Below, one piece after another: positions 34,001-40,384 of a stretch of DNA of 64,000 nt; the first letter of the stretch is position 1, and every line of letters begins with the position of its first letter. The notes under the pieces are model-generated. The model was not told where the DNA came from. It made no database searches and saw nothing but the letters and a program-made list of their open reading frames with translations. Origin of the DNA: an uncultured beta proteobacterium (GTDB lineage: Bacteria; Pseudomonadota; Gammaproteobacteria; Burkholderiales; Casimicrobiaceae); the NCBI GenBank assembly GCA_963791945.1, contig CAWBUD010000002.1, positions 882,743 to 946,742 on the forward strand, written 5' to 3'. A program made the translations under genes and the position numbers.

Positions 34001-34628
34001 CTCCGAAATAGCCAGAGTCGTCCGTCATCGTTGCAACGGGTGCACCCGGCACGCCGCCCACGAGTGTCCCGAACACGCAGTTGGCGGCCGAGGATGCCTG
34101 CAGCGCGATCGACTGGTTCGCCAAACCGTCGACGCGCCCGGCCAGGTAGGCGTTCAGCCCTCCGGTCGCTACCACGCTGATCAGGCTCGGGGCAGTCGGC
34201 GGCGGGACCGGTACGGTGTAGAGAATCTGCAGCGCGTACGTGACCGTTACGAACTTCGGGTTGGCGAATTTGAGCAGGAAAGAAAGCGTGGCTCCGGGCT
34301 GCAGCATCGACCCGGCGGCCATCGGGCTCACGTACGGTTTGCCATCCGGCATCTGGCCGGCCTTGTTGGCCAGCGTAACCGCATCCGGGAGCCCACTAAG
34401 GACTACCGAGATCGGCGCGGGGACCGGCGCGTTGGAGGTGTTCTTGAGCGCGACGGTCTGATCGAACGTGCTGGTCGTCCGGTTGAGCAGCAGTGCCGAG
34501 CGCGTGACGGCGAACTGTCCCGTGATGTCCTGGACCGCGGCGCCCGCGGCGGTGCCGAGGCAAAGACAGAGTAGGAGCGTGCCCCACCCAAGGAGCGCGG
34601 TCGCGCAGTGACGGTCGGAGCGGCCCAT
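25032..34628 (-). CDS. Giant (3198 aa) secreted multidomain protein. Order: signal peptide; PPC-like domain carrying an SPTIF array; caspase-fold (C25/gingipain-like) peptidase; Ig-like domains; delta-60-type beta-propeller; CSLREA/parallel beta-helix; YVTN-type beta-propeller; C-terminal FN3-like domain
   Basis: A single uninterrupted ORF. Motifs read by eye: FLAGHFS / FSAGCHSG; repeated LDxSFGxxG; FTVTNLNDRGPGSLRAAI ... DQRGFGFPRVSGGAADMGAYE; repeated G.NP.g.avnPaGTRvYV. Confidence 0.85.
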   Translation of the reverse strand: MGRSDRHCATALLGWGTLLLCLCLGTAAGAAVQDITGQFAVTRSALLLNRTTSTFDQTVALKNTSNAPVPAPISVVLSGLPDAVTLANKAGQMPDGKPYVSPMAAGSMLQPGATLSFLLKFANPKFVTVTYALQILYTVPVPPPTAPSLISVVATGGLNAYLAGRVDGLANQSIALQASSAANCVFGTLVGGVPGAPVATMTDDSGYFGVSVSGVNPGAFVALQVTSPTASPMSACLVSSRDNDSWPKAFALVGSPATVQDFIDAPGKARWYRFSITPGQSITVKLANLPADYSLAVFKDIAQTFANQFTPGSGSTVDLLKLTAEYAPTIFSPTVFSPTIFSPDAYSPTIFSPTIFSPTIFSPTIFSPTIFSPTIFSPTIFSPTIFSPTIFSPTIFSPTIFSPTIFSSTEIAQAFSTAQTRSVISVSAVAGTGDKSLVVNTWNSTGNFYVRVAGRGGAFNTSTPFTLSISKGPTTCTAVTDITLTPRAPMMATGLKTVILTDSSVVALDATLPEPDGATLRTKLAAFAQRSEVSGVVVDVAGDARVSALKQQAAKNPACPFAVNLVAQEIKGIVDSYRANPLQYVVIVGNDAAIPFFRSPDESTLAQEVDFVPPVQSNSESQASLSLNFVLSQDAYGSKTALSLPSNDFPVPGLAVGRLVETATEIGGVIDAYVAANGVVVPSSSLVTGYDFLAQPANAVETELASGIGATGAAMDKLITPDGVSPQDSRPFPAGPWTATDLAGKLFGARHDVIFLAGHFSANSALAADFSTSLVTTDVASSTTDFTNSIVFSAGCHSGYNLVDKDAIPGVTLPLDWAQVFARKKATLIAGTGYQYGDTDFIEYSDQIHLNFARELRAGTGAVAVGAALVAAKLDYLATTPEIRGIPEKALLEVTLFGLPMLAINMPSGRGAGPGGGSAIVPVPVASGPAHSLGLETYDLSVAPALTPQAKNLTSVAGGPNITAKWLSGPDGVVSKPGEPVLPLAALNVTPNDPSLVLRGIGFRGGSYVDSAPLIPFSGAPTTELRGVHVPFISPVFYPGRIFAPNYFGALAGSGGTELLVTPTQHIVASAADGTSTRRMYTGLGFRLYYSGNLSQAALSDAPSIVSVDAQPNAGGVLFTAQVTGDPAAAIHQVWVTYTSDGANAWTSLDLSQCVTPLPAACSTEDSRLWSGRLASVPTNLRYIAQAVSGVGLVGLDDNRGAYYRLGGTTPAATMPALISPPSNATVGDSVNVTTKLTFAGVPVAGKTVIVTIGGTTQVGTTAADGSVTVKLPVDVPPGTYQMTVSFAGDDVFQPSSTTTTFTVAKATATLAALPPAGATLTGTLGGKIEALQQEAVSFSVTGPGGAKTLWVTTDNVGRAKLPPPGLLAGNYTATLASFGGNATYAATSLALNQQFTVPKLAQSIAFDPLADKIFGDPDFALFATASSGLAVTFGASGACTVAGNTVHLAAAGSCTITADQAGDANTNPAPQVARTFSIVAAPMVVSLARAVPSPTMADSVTYTATFSEAVTGVAMGNFAVTVSGITGASVTSVSGAGTTWTVTVNTGRGTGTLRLDVANGTGIVDAGNVTLAGTPFSGETYDVDKGGTVFGGSGSDGQPVASFGNGGYALFGDVPIAAAFGLIAVLPDGRILVASAIGCDPQTNLCTLQLGHYLATGALDASFGANGRVVTSVTNVYPEMSGISVNADGTFLVGGIRNNGTNDVPFVAKFTSTGAADVSFGTGGVAVLDSLPLFVAISGFAVDASGRGVIAGSTLPTQTEGVHIFVARLTSAGALDASFGSGGVATFSISPVNDQGRSVAIQPDGKIVVGGRTRPTPGVLGSDLFLVLRIDAGGALDPTFGTNGVATTRIAGSPGANLGRKLVLQPDGKLVLIGNLLNLDGTTFAGCGIARFNADGTLDAGFGSGGQVLEPRFDQGCFGVSLQPDGKTVIIGDASDADVNIGGFVRLLLNGSLDTTFGNNGALGISNYGVPAPVAVTPSGNLLTTLAIQDPADGVIKSYVVELASTLAGPWLAQSITFGPPADTSYGQPAFALNASTGSGLPLSFTASGPCVVAGDMVQVGGVGSCTITASQSGNATYFAATPVARTFTVNSAAQGITFGPAPAGVTVGQAFVFVNATSTSPTAAPSTMPITFTSLTPSVCTMGGAAANASLVTLVATGQCTIAADQAGDANYNGSPQTTLTFAVGPAGPPPQTFTVTNLNDRGPGSLRAAITSANAAAPGPNIVNFAPGLMGTIVLTSGQIQISRSLQIDGPGVDNLTIDGSANSRIFSIFVTDPACPAKDGPDYLVSIRRVRLSNARRNVDNTGGAIFTEHSLLLDSVIIDNSVARSGGGLLSLIQYPGQVLNISNSQFLNNVATDLFPTGAEGAVGGGLYVVERCLGPLNTLTDLPSLTPVSVNITGSEFRGNSSQALALNGRGGAIRSWSLADIVISDTIIVDNHVEAPNPPVPGKVYHGGAFEGLAKSLLIANSEIAENTADDITLSDATRSGGLHPTNSPVNRQGPGDAMAVRIVNSTISGNSSAATAGAMVAFGNLALELDNTTVNGNSAAPTRTGGIIMSSGATYPPSANNTTPPSLRIVSSILANNNGDGADVSTSTATIPTFGINASNSLIQKPCLSCAIVVSGPGALVGPDPLVAPLAFNGGTTRTHALLPGSPARNTGSNVLALTTDQRGFGFPRVSGGAADMGAYEASQSLPLAAGTYVDHDLGLVGTSFLFDPTTVAGTLPSVTVTGPPSWNAGNSFSCARYQPEGAQPVVDAAPFAYFTTATGKLVVVDTETNSVTATVSVGTNPYSAIVNPAGTRVYVSNFGDNTVSVVDASTNAVIATVAVGAGPQGLGVNPSGTRVYVSTSTAGTVSVIDAGTNSVIAAIPAAGAVDVVVNNAGTRLYVAYGPGIAIVDTASNLVIGSIPKGALSTFGTIAISTDDTRLYAWSDGSASVAVIDIATSSVVATIPIPSAFANNGIAVDPSGAPVYESDGTSVAEINPATNSISNTVALGTTGGQVNGVAVTPDGARVYAATANGARTFDTTTNTVSPIATGAVRALGHFIGSGPKTEFENIADRSICWTFALPVTGNYTGQGTTGSTAFTGTVSLNAANQLAAPQITSLQAGTGTLSVAWTQPGGAHSFLVRVNPVPFAGITDEKIVSRGSSSAAFSGLTLTSGATYQVTVFAFSQDLLTPELFADVFNISSHSQNFVAP
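33409..33650. repeat. 16 tandem 15-bp units encoding (S)PTIF pentapeptides, with a 30-bp super-period
   Basis: GAAGATCGTCGGCGA / GAAGATGGTCGGGCT alternate on the plus strand. The minus-strand translation is PTIFS x16, with variants PTVFS and PDAYS. Confidence 0.95.
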
Positions 34629-34653
34629 GCGACGGATGCGCGAGCGAACGTCG

Positions 34654-35298
34654 CTAAGCAGGCAAGCTTTTTCGAGTGGAGTTGTTGTTCGCGGCGGCCA
34701 GCACCAGGCCTAACGCGAGAAGGCCTGCCAAGCAGAGCGCCAGTGCCCCGGGCTCGGGAGCCGCAGAGGGTAATTGGACCAGTGGCGTAAAGACCAGCAG
34801 CGGATCGGCCGCGCCGATCGCGTACACGAAGAGCGCGCCCCCCGGATCTGTGGTCTCGACGAGCGAAATCACGGCGTCCGAATCCAGCAGAAACAGGGAG
34901 AATCCGTCCGGCTGTGATCCGGGCTCGGCCGCTTTTCCGGTGGTATCGAAAAGGAAACTAAACGAATTTCCGAAAGTGATGCTCTGACGATACTCGGTGA
35001 AGGGGAAGACGCTGTCGTCGAGCGTCACAGGCCCGTCGGTAACCTTGGGGGCCGGGTCGCAAGTGAAGAGATCATGGGTGACGCAGGCGCTGTCGAGCGT
35101 GCCGTCGCTCGCGAAGCCCGAAATCGTTACCGAGTTGGGCGGAGGACCGCCATCCACGAAGTCGAAGGCAACGGTGCCGAGACCGGAGAGGCCCGACGTG
35201 TCGACGGTAACCTGGATCGGCGAAGCACAGACTCGCCCCGCGATAAGGACGCCCATGACGAAGCACGTACGCAGGCGCAATCCCCTAGTCCCTGGCAT
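34654..35298 (-). CDS. PEP-CTERM sorting-domain protein (small secreted protein)
   Basis: Signal peptide MPGTRGLRLRTCFVMGVLIAGRVCASP. The C-terminus APEPGALALCLAGLLALGLVLAAANNN..RK combines a PEP motif, a TM helix and a basic tail. A GGGGGGA RBS precedes the ATG at 35298. Confidence 0.7.
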   Translation of the reverse strand: MPGTRGLRLRTCFVMGVLIAGRVCASPIQVTVDTSGLSGLGTVAFDFVDGGPPPNSVTISGFASDGTLDSACVTHDLFTCDPAPKVTDGPVTLDDSVFPFTEYRQSITFGNSFSFLFDTTGKAAEPGSQPDGFSLFLLDSDAVISLVETTDPGGALFVYAIGAADPLLVFTPLVQLPSAAPEPGALALCLAGLLALGLVLAAANNNSTRKSLPA

Positions 35299-35721
35299 AT
35301 TCCCCCCCGGTCGAGTCCGGACGTTGACGCCCAGCACGCCCGCTCCCCAGCACCCTACAGCAAGAACCGTTCCGCAACCATATTATTGTTGAATCAAAGA
35401 GCTACGCTACAACCGCCGACGGTCCGTAAAGTCTGCCGACAGACCCGTGCCCTTACGGCTGCGAATATATCATAGTGGGGTCCCGGCCTGCGTCGCTTCC
35501 TTTCACATTGTGATTCTTAGCACGTGTCTCGACGTCAAAGTGTGGACAGCTTTGAGCCACACAATTTATTAGGGTGAGATGGCGACCTCGTCCGCGACCA
35601 TCAGCATGGGGGCATTGCGGTGGCGCAACTGTGGCCCGAACTGTGGCCAGAAGAGGGGGTTTTAGGGGCCTGGCGAGGGCTATTCCCCTCTGGTAGAACG
35701 CTTCTTGCCCCTGGGCGGGGT

Positions 35722-35747
35722 GGGTTCGAATCCCTCTCTCTCCGCCA
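35722..35747 (+). repeat. Displaced copy of the tRNA-Ser 3' end (attR-like), not a functional tRNA
   Basis: 26/26 identity to 19758..19783. There is no matching 5' acceptor strand upstream, and the T-stem has a mismatch. Confidence 0.85.
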
Positions 35748-35829
35748 TAATTGACCTTGAAGCAGAAGCGCTTGCCACATTCGCCGCGAACGCCGTGGCC
35801 CAAAGCGGCCTTCAGGTTGTAGTTCGCTC

Positions 35830-35966
35830 GATTTATGGACACCGTGGATCCGCTTCGCATGCACGCGAAAGAGCATGCGCGGGTCGACGTGGCCGAGCTG
35901 GCGCGCAATCGTCTGGCACGGTAGTTTGACCCCGGTCAGGGGCTCGCTGGAGAGTCGTCGCGACAA
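35830..35966 (-). pseudogene. Possible C-terminal remnant of a tyrosine recombinase
   Basis: ...TGVKLPCQTIARQLGHVDPRMLFRVHAKRI resembles the LGH...Y end of phage integrases. It sits next to the tRNA-like repeat in the orientation expected for an island integrase. Weak evidence. Confidence 0.3.
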
Positions 35967-36141
35967 TGGCGATTATTTTTGTGCGGCGACGCATCTCGGG
36001 TCCTTCATGTCACGTACAAGAGCGCCCCATCGTTGAACGCACCAGACTCGCAACCGCCGGCTTCTTCGCCGGCATCGGCATCCGATTCTGGCGTTTCTTG
36101 AACGACGATCTCATCGAGCGGGAAGGAAAAGAGGACCAACG

Positions 36142-37959
36142 ATGTCAGATGCAAAAAAATCCGAAGTCGATGTCGGACGCAGAGATGCCCTGAAGACGAT
36201 CGGAGCGGGAGCTTTGGCCGCATCCTCGGGAGTCGGTCTGCTCGAGAGCAGCACGGCGCTCGCCGCTGCCGGCCCGTCGCGCACCGAGGGGGCCAAGGTC
36301 TCCGGAGACCCGTACAACATTCTGTTCATTCTGACCGATCAAGAGCGCTACTTCCGCCCGGGCGAGCTGCCGCGAGATTACCGGCTGCCGGCGCACGAGC
36401 GCCTCGCGAAGAAGGGAATCGTCTTCGAGAACCACCAGATCAATTCCTGCGTGTGCACGCCATCGCGCTCGGTCCTCTACACGGGCCGGCACATCCAGCA
36501 GACGAAGATGTTCGACAACACCAACTTCCCGTGGATCAGCAGCTTGTCGACCGATCTCCCGACGGTCGGCGACATGTTGCGCGAAGCCGGTTATTACACT
36601 GCCTACAAAGGCAAGTGGCATCTCACCAAGGAGTTCGAGACGGTCAACGAGCTGGGCTCGCCGACGAAGATCTTCACCAAGGAGATGGAGGCCTACGGGT
36701 TCTCCGACTACTTCGGCGTGGGCGACATCATCGCGCACGACCAGGGCGGATATCTGCACGACGGCGTCATCTCGGCAATGGGGGTGAGCTGGTTGCGGGG
36801 GCGAGGCATGGAGCTGGCCGCGGAGGGCAGGCCTTGGTTCCTGGCGGTGAACCTCGTCAATCCGCACGACATCATGTTTCTCAACACCGATCGTCCCGGC
36901 GAGCCGGTTCAGGCGCGCAACATTCTCGGCCATATCCGGCCTGAGCCGGCCAACCCACTGTACGCGAAGCAATGGGCGTTCGAGCTGCCGGCCACCTACG
37001 CGCAGCCGCTCGACGCGCCCGGCCGGCCTGCGGCGCACGCGGACTACATCCGATCGCACGACGCTCTGGTCGGAAACATTCCCAACGAGGACTGGCGCTG
37101 GCGACGGCGTCACAGCTACTACCTCAACTGCCTGCGCGATGCCGATCGCAGCATGGTTTCGCTCCTCGACGAGCTCGAGGCGCTGGGGTTCGCCTCCAAC
37201 ACGATCGTGATCCTGACCGCGGATCACGGCGACCTCGACGGCGCGCATCGACTGCACTCCAAGGGCGCGACGGCTTATCGCGAACAGAACAATGTTCCGC
37301 TGATCGTCGTGCATCCCAGGCTTGCGGGCGGCAAACGCTGCAAGGCGGTGACCTCCCACGTCGATATCGCGCCGACGCTTCTGGGCCTCGCCAATGCGAG
37401 CCCGGAAAAGAAAGCGACGATCGCGAAGGACCTGCCCGGCAAGGACTTCTCGCCGCTGCTCGCGACCCCGGACAAGGCGTCGTATAGCGCGATCCGCGAC
37501 GGGTCGCTCTACTGCTACAACATGTTCGCGTACGTCGATGGCGACTTCATGCAAAAGGTCGTGGGCGTGCTGCAGCAACCGGACGGCAAGGCCAAGCTCA
37601 AGGAAGCCGCCAAGGCGGGCACGATGCGCCCCGACCTGACGAAGCGGGGCGCCATTCGCAGCGTCTTCGACGGGCGCTACCGGTTCGCCCGCTATTTCTC
37701 GCCCAAGCAGCACAACATGCCCGCGTCGGTCGATGCGCTGTTCAAGCTGAACGACGTGGAGCTCTTCGATGTCGAGCGCGACCCGCTCGAGCGCAATAAC
37801 CTCGCGCTCGAGCGAGAGAAGCACGGAGAGCTGCTCCAGACCATGAACGCCAAGCTCAATGCGCTGATCGAGAAGGAGGTCGGCGAGGACGTCGGCCAGA
37901 TGTTGCCGGGCGGCGTGGATGCCGGCTGGGTCGTGACCAACGCGGTGAACGACGTTTGA
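36142..37959 (+). CDS. Sulfatase (Cys-type) with a Tat signal
   Basis: RRDALKTIGAGALAASS twin-arginine leader; CTPSRSVLYTGRH sulfatase signature. Confidence 0.9.
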   Translation: MSDAKKSEVDVGRRDALKTIGAGALAASSGVGLLESSTALAAAGPSRTEGAKVSGDPYNILFILTDQERYFRPGELPRDYRLPAHERLAKKGIVFENHQINSCVCTPSRSVLYTGRHIQQTKMFDNTNFPWISSLSTDLPTVGDMLREAGYYTAYKGKWHLTKEFETVNELGSPTKIFTKEMEAYGFSDYFGVGDIIAHDQGGYLHDGVISAMGVSWLRGRGMELAAEGRPWFLAVNLVNPHDIMFLNTDRPGEPVQARNILGHIRPEPANPLYAKQWAFELPATYAQPLDAPGRPAAHADYIRSHDALVGNIPNEDWRWRRRHSYYLNCLRDADRSMVSLLDELEALGFASNTIVILTADHGDLDGAHRLHSKGATAYREQNNVPLIVVHPRLAGGKRCKAVTSHVDIAPTLLGLANASPEKKATIAKDLPGKDFSPLLATPDKASYSAIRDGSLYCYNMFAYVDGDFMQKVVGVLQQPDGKAKLKEAAKAGTMRPDLTKRGAIRSVFDGRYRFARYFSPKQHNMPASVDALFKLNDVELFDVERDPLERNNLALEREKHGELLQTMNAKLNALIEKEVGEDVGQMLPGGVDAGWVVTNAVNDV

Positions 37960-38153
37960 GCGTGGCCCGCAATGGGCTTGCTGCCCGGGAGCCTTGACGA
38001 TGAGCGACGAGGAATTCGTCCGTCCGTTCGAGGCGTGCGCCATCGCCGGCAGGGACTCGCCGTCGATCCTCGATCGCTATTACACGCGGGAGACGCTCGC
38101 CTCGGACCTTGCGCGGAGGACCTTCGTGCTGCCCGACGGCGCCGTTGGGCGCG

Positions 38154-38837
38154 CTACTTGCTCGCCGCCCTGGTCACTAGGTTGAGGAGCTCGCTCGCCT
38201 GCTTGTTGCGCACGGCCTTGCGCGCCAGGATGTCCGGAGCGTGCACGGGGTGGCCGTAGTAGGCACGGTTCCAGGAGTCGGAGGTGGTGATCACGGTCCC
38301 GTCGAAGTTGACGCCACCGTAGACGCCGGTGGCCCGGCTGAAGGAAACGAAATCCGCGGTGATGTCGGAATGAGCACCGGCGCCGATCGGACCGGCGGCG
38401 ACCGCGGCGTCGCCGCCGAGCTTCACGGAATCCGACAACAGCGTGTTCAACCCCTTCTCGGTCATTACCAGGGTCACGACTTCGGAGAACGAGATGCCGG
38501 CCTGGAAACCGATGCTCGCGGTTGCCAGCGTGTAGAAAGCCGGACCGGCCCATTTCCCCGATTTGCTGTCGCGCGCCACGACGATCCCGCGCCCCCCGGA
38601 CCCCCCGAGGATGAAGCCCGCCTTCGCGACATGCGGGGCGATCAGGACGGCTTTCGCGCGCTTGAAATTGCGCTGCAGCCAGGTCATGTCGGGGTCGTTC
38701 AAGAAGTTCGCCAGCGTGACCGTAGCATTGGTCACCAGATTGCGCTGTGAAGCCTGAGCTGCGACAGACGGTGCAGCGAGCAGCATCGACACGGCGACGA
38801 GCGGTGCCGCGATTCGATGGATAGCGGGCGAAGACAT
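38154..38837 (-). CDS. SYLF (Ysc84-like) lipid-binding domain protein, secreted
   Basis: Start at MSSPAIHRIAAPLVAVSMLLAAPSVAAQA (38837); ...GFILGGSGGRGIVVARD...WAGPAFYTLATASIGFQAG...GVYGGVNFDG. Confidence 0.75.
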   Translation of the reverse strand: MSSPAIHRIAAPLVAVSMLLAAPSVAAQASQRNLVTNATVTLANFLNDPDMTWLQRNFKRAKAVLIAPHVAKAGFILGGSGGRGIVVARDSKSGKWAGPAFYTLATASIGFQAGISFSEVVTLVMTEKGLNTLLSDSVKLGGDAAVAAGPIGAGAHSDITADFVSFSRATGVYGGVNFDGTVITTSDSWNRAYYGHPVHAPDILARKAVRNKQASELLNLVTRAASK

Positions 38838-39069
38838 CGTTGGCTTGGACAAGCTGATCGCGGCCAGACCGTTATTGTAGCAATCCCGATGTAGGACCGG
38901 TTCCGATACGAATGCGACCAGGACTGACTTCCAAAACAGAGCCCTGCCGATAGCCGCCGAAGCGCTGCTCTGCGATCCTTCGCCCGTTCGCGGCTTTGGC
39001 CCCGGGGTCGGATGCGGGCAGGAGCAGGCGCCGAGCTCGCCGCCAAAGTCAAAGATTGCGAGGGCACCC

Positions 39070-40191
39070 TTGTCACTGACCTTATCGGTAGAGCCGGGAA
39101 CAACCGAGTATTGGCGGCTGCTCGAATTCCTGCCGGTCGGCGCGTATACCTGCGACGTCGAGGGGCTGATCACCTACTACAACGCCTCTGCCGCGGTGCT
39201 CTGGGGCCGGGCGCCCAAGTTGAACGATCCTGTCGATCGCTTCTGCGGATCATTCCGGCTGTATTCGATCGATGGCCGTCCGATTCCCCACGAACAGTGC
39301 TGGATGGCGCTGGCGCTCAAGGACCGCAAGGAATACAAGAGAGAGGAGATCGTCATCAAGCGACCGAACGGGGAGCGGGTCGTGGCGATGGCACACGCAA
39401 CGCCATTTCTCGATGAAACGGGAGGACTGCTCGGTGCCATCAATGTGCTGGTCGACATCACCAACCGGAAATTCGCCGAGAACGCCCTTCAGCGCTCGCA
39501 TGACGAGCTCGCCATGATCGTGAGCCGGCGCACCGAGCAACTGACTGCGCTGTCGCAATACCTGCTGCGCGTCGCCGAAGAGGAGAGGCAGCATCTCGCC
39601 GCCGAGCTTCATGACGAGCTCGGCTCCCTGCACGCGGTGCTCGGCATGGAGCTCGAATCGGTGCTCAAGGATCTGCGGTCGCGCGCGCCGGAGCTTGTCG
39701 AACGCCAGGCGAATGCGCTCAAGCTGCTGCAGCAGGCGAGAGACGTCAAGCGCCGCATCATCGCGGACCTCCATCCTGCCACGCTCGATCACCTCGGGCT
39801 CGTCGCTACGCTCAAGGAGCATGTCGAGCGCTGGTCGCGCACCTCCGAGATCGCGGCGAACCTGCAGGTGGCGGTCAAGGTCCCGTCACTGCGGAAAGAT
39901 GCCGCATTGGCTCTCTTTCGCATCGCCCAGGAATCGCTGACCAACATAAGCAAGTACGCGCGCGCGACCAGGGTCAATATCACGCTGGCCGTCGTCGGCC
40001 CGGAACTGGTTCTCGCGATCGTCGACGACGGCGTGGGCATCGATCCAGACAAGCTCGAGCATCCGCACTCGCACGGCATCCTGGGAATGCGCCAGCGCAT
40101 CGCCCAGTGCGGAGGCGAGCTCAGCATCGGTGCCGGCCCGAACGGCGTCGGCACGATGGTGTGCGCGCGTCTGCCGGCTTATCGTTCCTGA
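39070..40191 (+). CDS. PAS-domain sensor histidine kinase, HisKA_3 (NarL-partner) type; no response regulator adjacent
   Basis: PAS-like N-terminus; H-box LAAELHDELGSLH; HATPase region LFRIAQESLTNISKYARA...DDGVGI...HGILGMRQR. The start (TTG at 39070) is uncertain. Confidence 0.8.
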   Translation: MSLTLSVEPGTTEYWRLLEFLPVGAYTCDVEGLITYYNASAAVLWGRAPKLNDPVDRFCGSFRLYSIDGRPIPHEQCWMALALKDRKEYKREEIVIKRPNGERVVAMAHATPFLDETGGLLGAINVLVDITNRKFAENALQRSHDELAMIVSRRTEQLTALSQYLLRVAEEERQHLAAELHDELGSLHAVLGMELESVLKDLRSRAPELVERQANALKLLQQARDVKRRIIADLHPATLDHLGLVATLKEHVERWSRTSEIAANLQVAVKVPSLRKDAALALFRIAQESLTNISKYARATRVNITLAVVGPELVLAIVDDGVGIDPDKLEHPHSHGILGMRQRIAQCGGELSIGAGPNGVGTMVCARLPAYRS

Positions 40192-40306
40192 AACGGGGGC
40201 GTACAGGCCGGATGCGCCTGCCCTGGATGCCCCTGCGCACGGATCGACCGCTCGAAAAGAGCGAGTGCGGGGCCGATAGGCCGGCCTTTGCTATAATTCG
40301 CGTTGA

Positions 40307-40384
40307 GCGCCCGTAGCTCAGTTGGATTAGAGTACCTGGCTACGAACCAGGGGGTCGTGGGTTCAAATCCTGCCGGGCGCGCCA
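40307..40384 (+). tRNA. tRNA-Arg (anticodon ACG), CCA encoded
   Basis: Acceptor GCGCCCG/CGGGCGC, anticodon loop CTACGAA, T-loop TTCAAAT. Confidence 0.95.

Larger units (their letters stand above)
19784..35747. mobile_element. ~16 kb genomic island at the tRNA-Ser 3' end, bounded by a 26-bp direct repeat; no intact integrase
   Basis: GGGTTCGAATCCCTCTCTCTCCGCCA occurs at 19758..19783 (inside the tRNA) and again at 35722..35747. IS remnants lie next to the tRNA. Confidence 0.65.

Noticed and set aside
35650-35747. A second tRNA gene (tRNA-Ser paralog)
   Set aside because: Only the last 26 nt match. There is no GGAGAGA 5' acceptor strand, no D-arm or anticodon arm can be drawn, and the T-stem has a mismatch. 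Treated as an att remnant.
36145-38043. 632-aa minus-strand ORF opposite the sulfatase
   Set aside because: Antisense to a gene with a Tat signal and the CTPSR sulfatase signature.
38838-39173. N-terminal extension (112 aa) of the SYLF ORF
   Set aside because: The internal ATG at 38837 is followed by a canonical signal peptide, and the extension overlaps the kinase gene start region.
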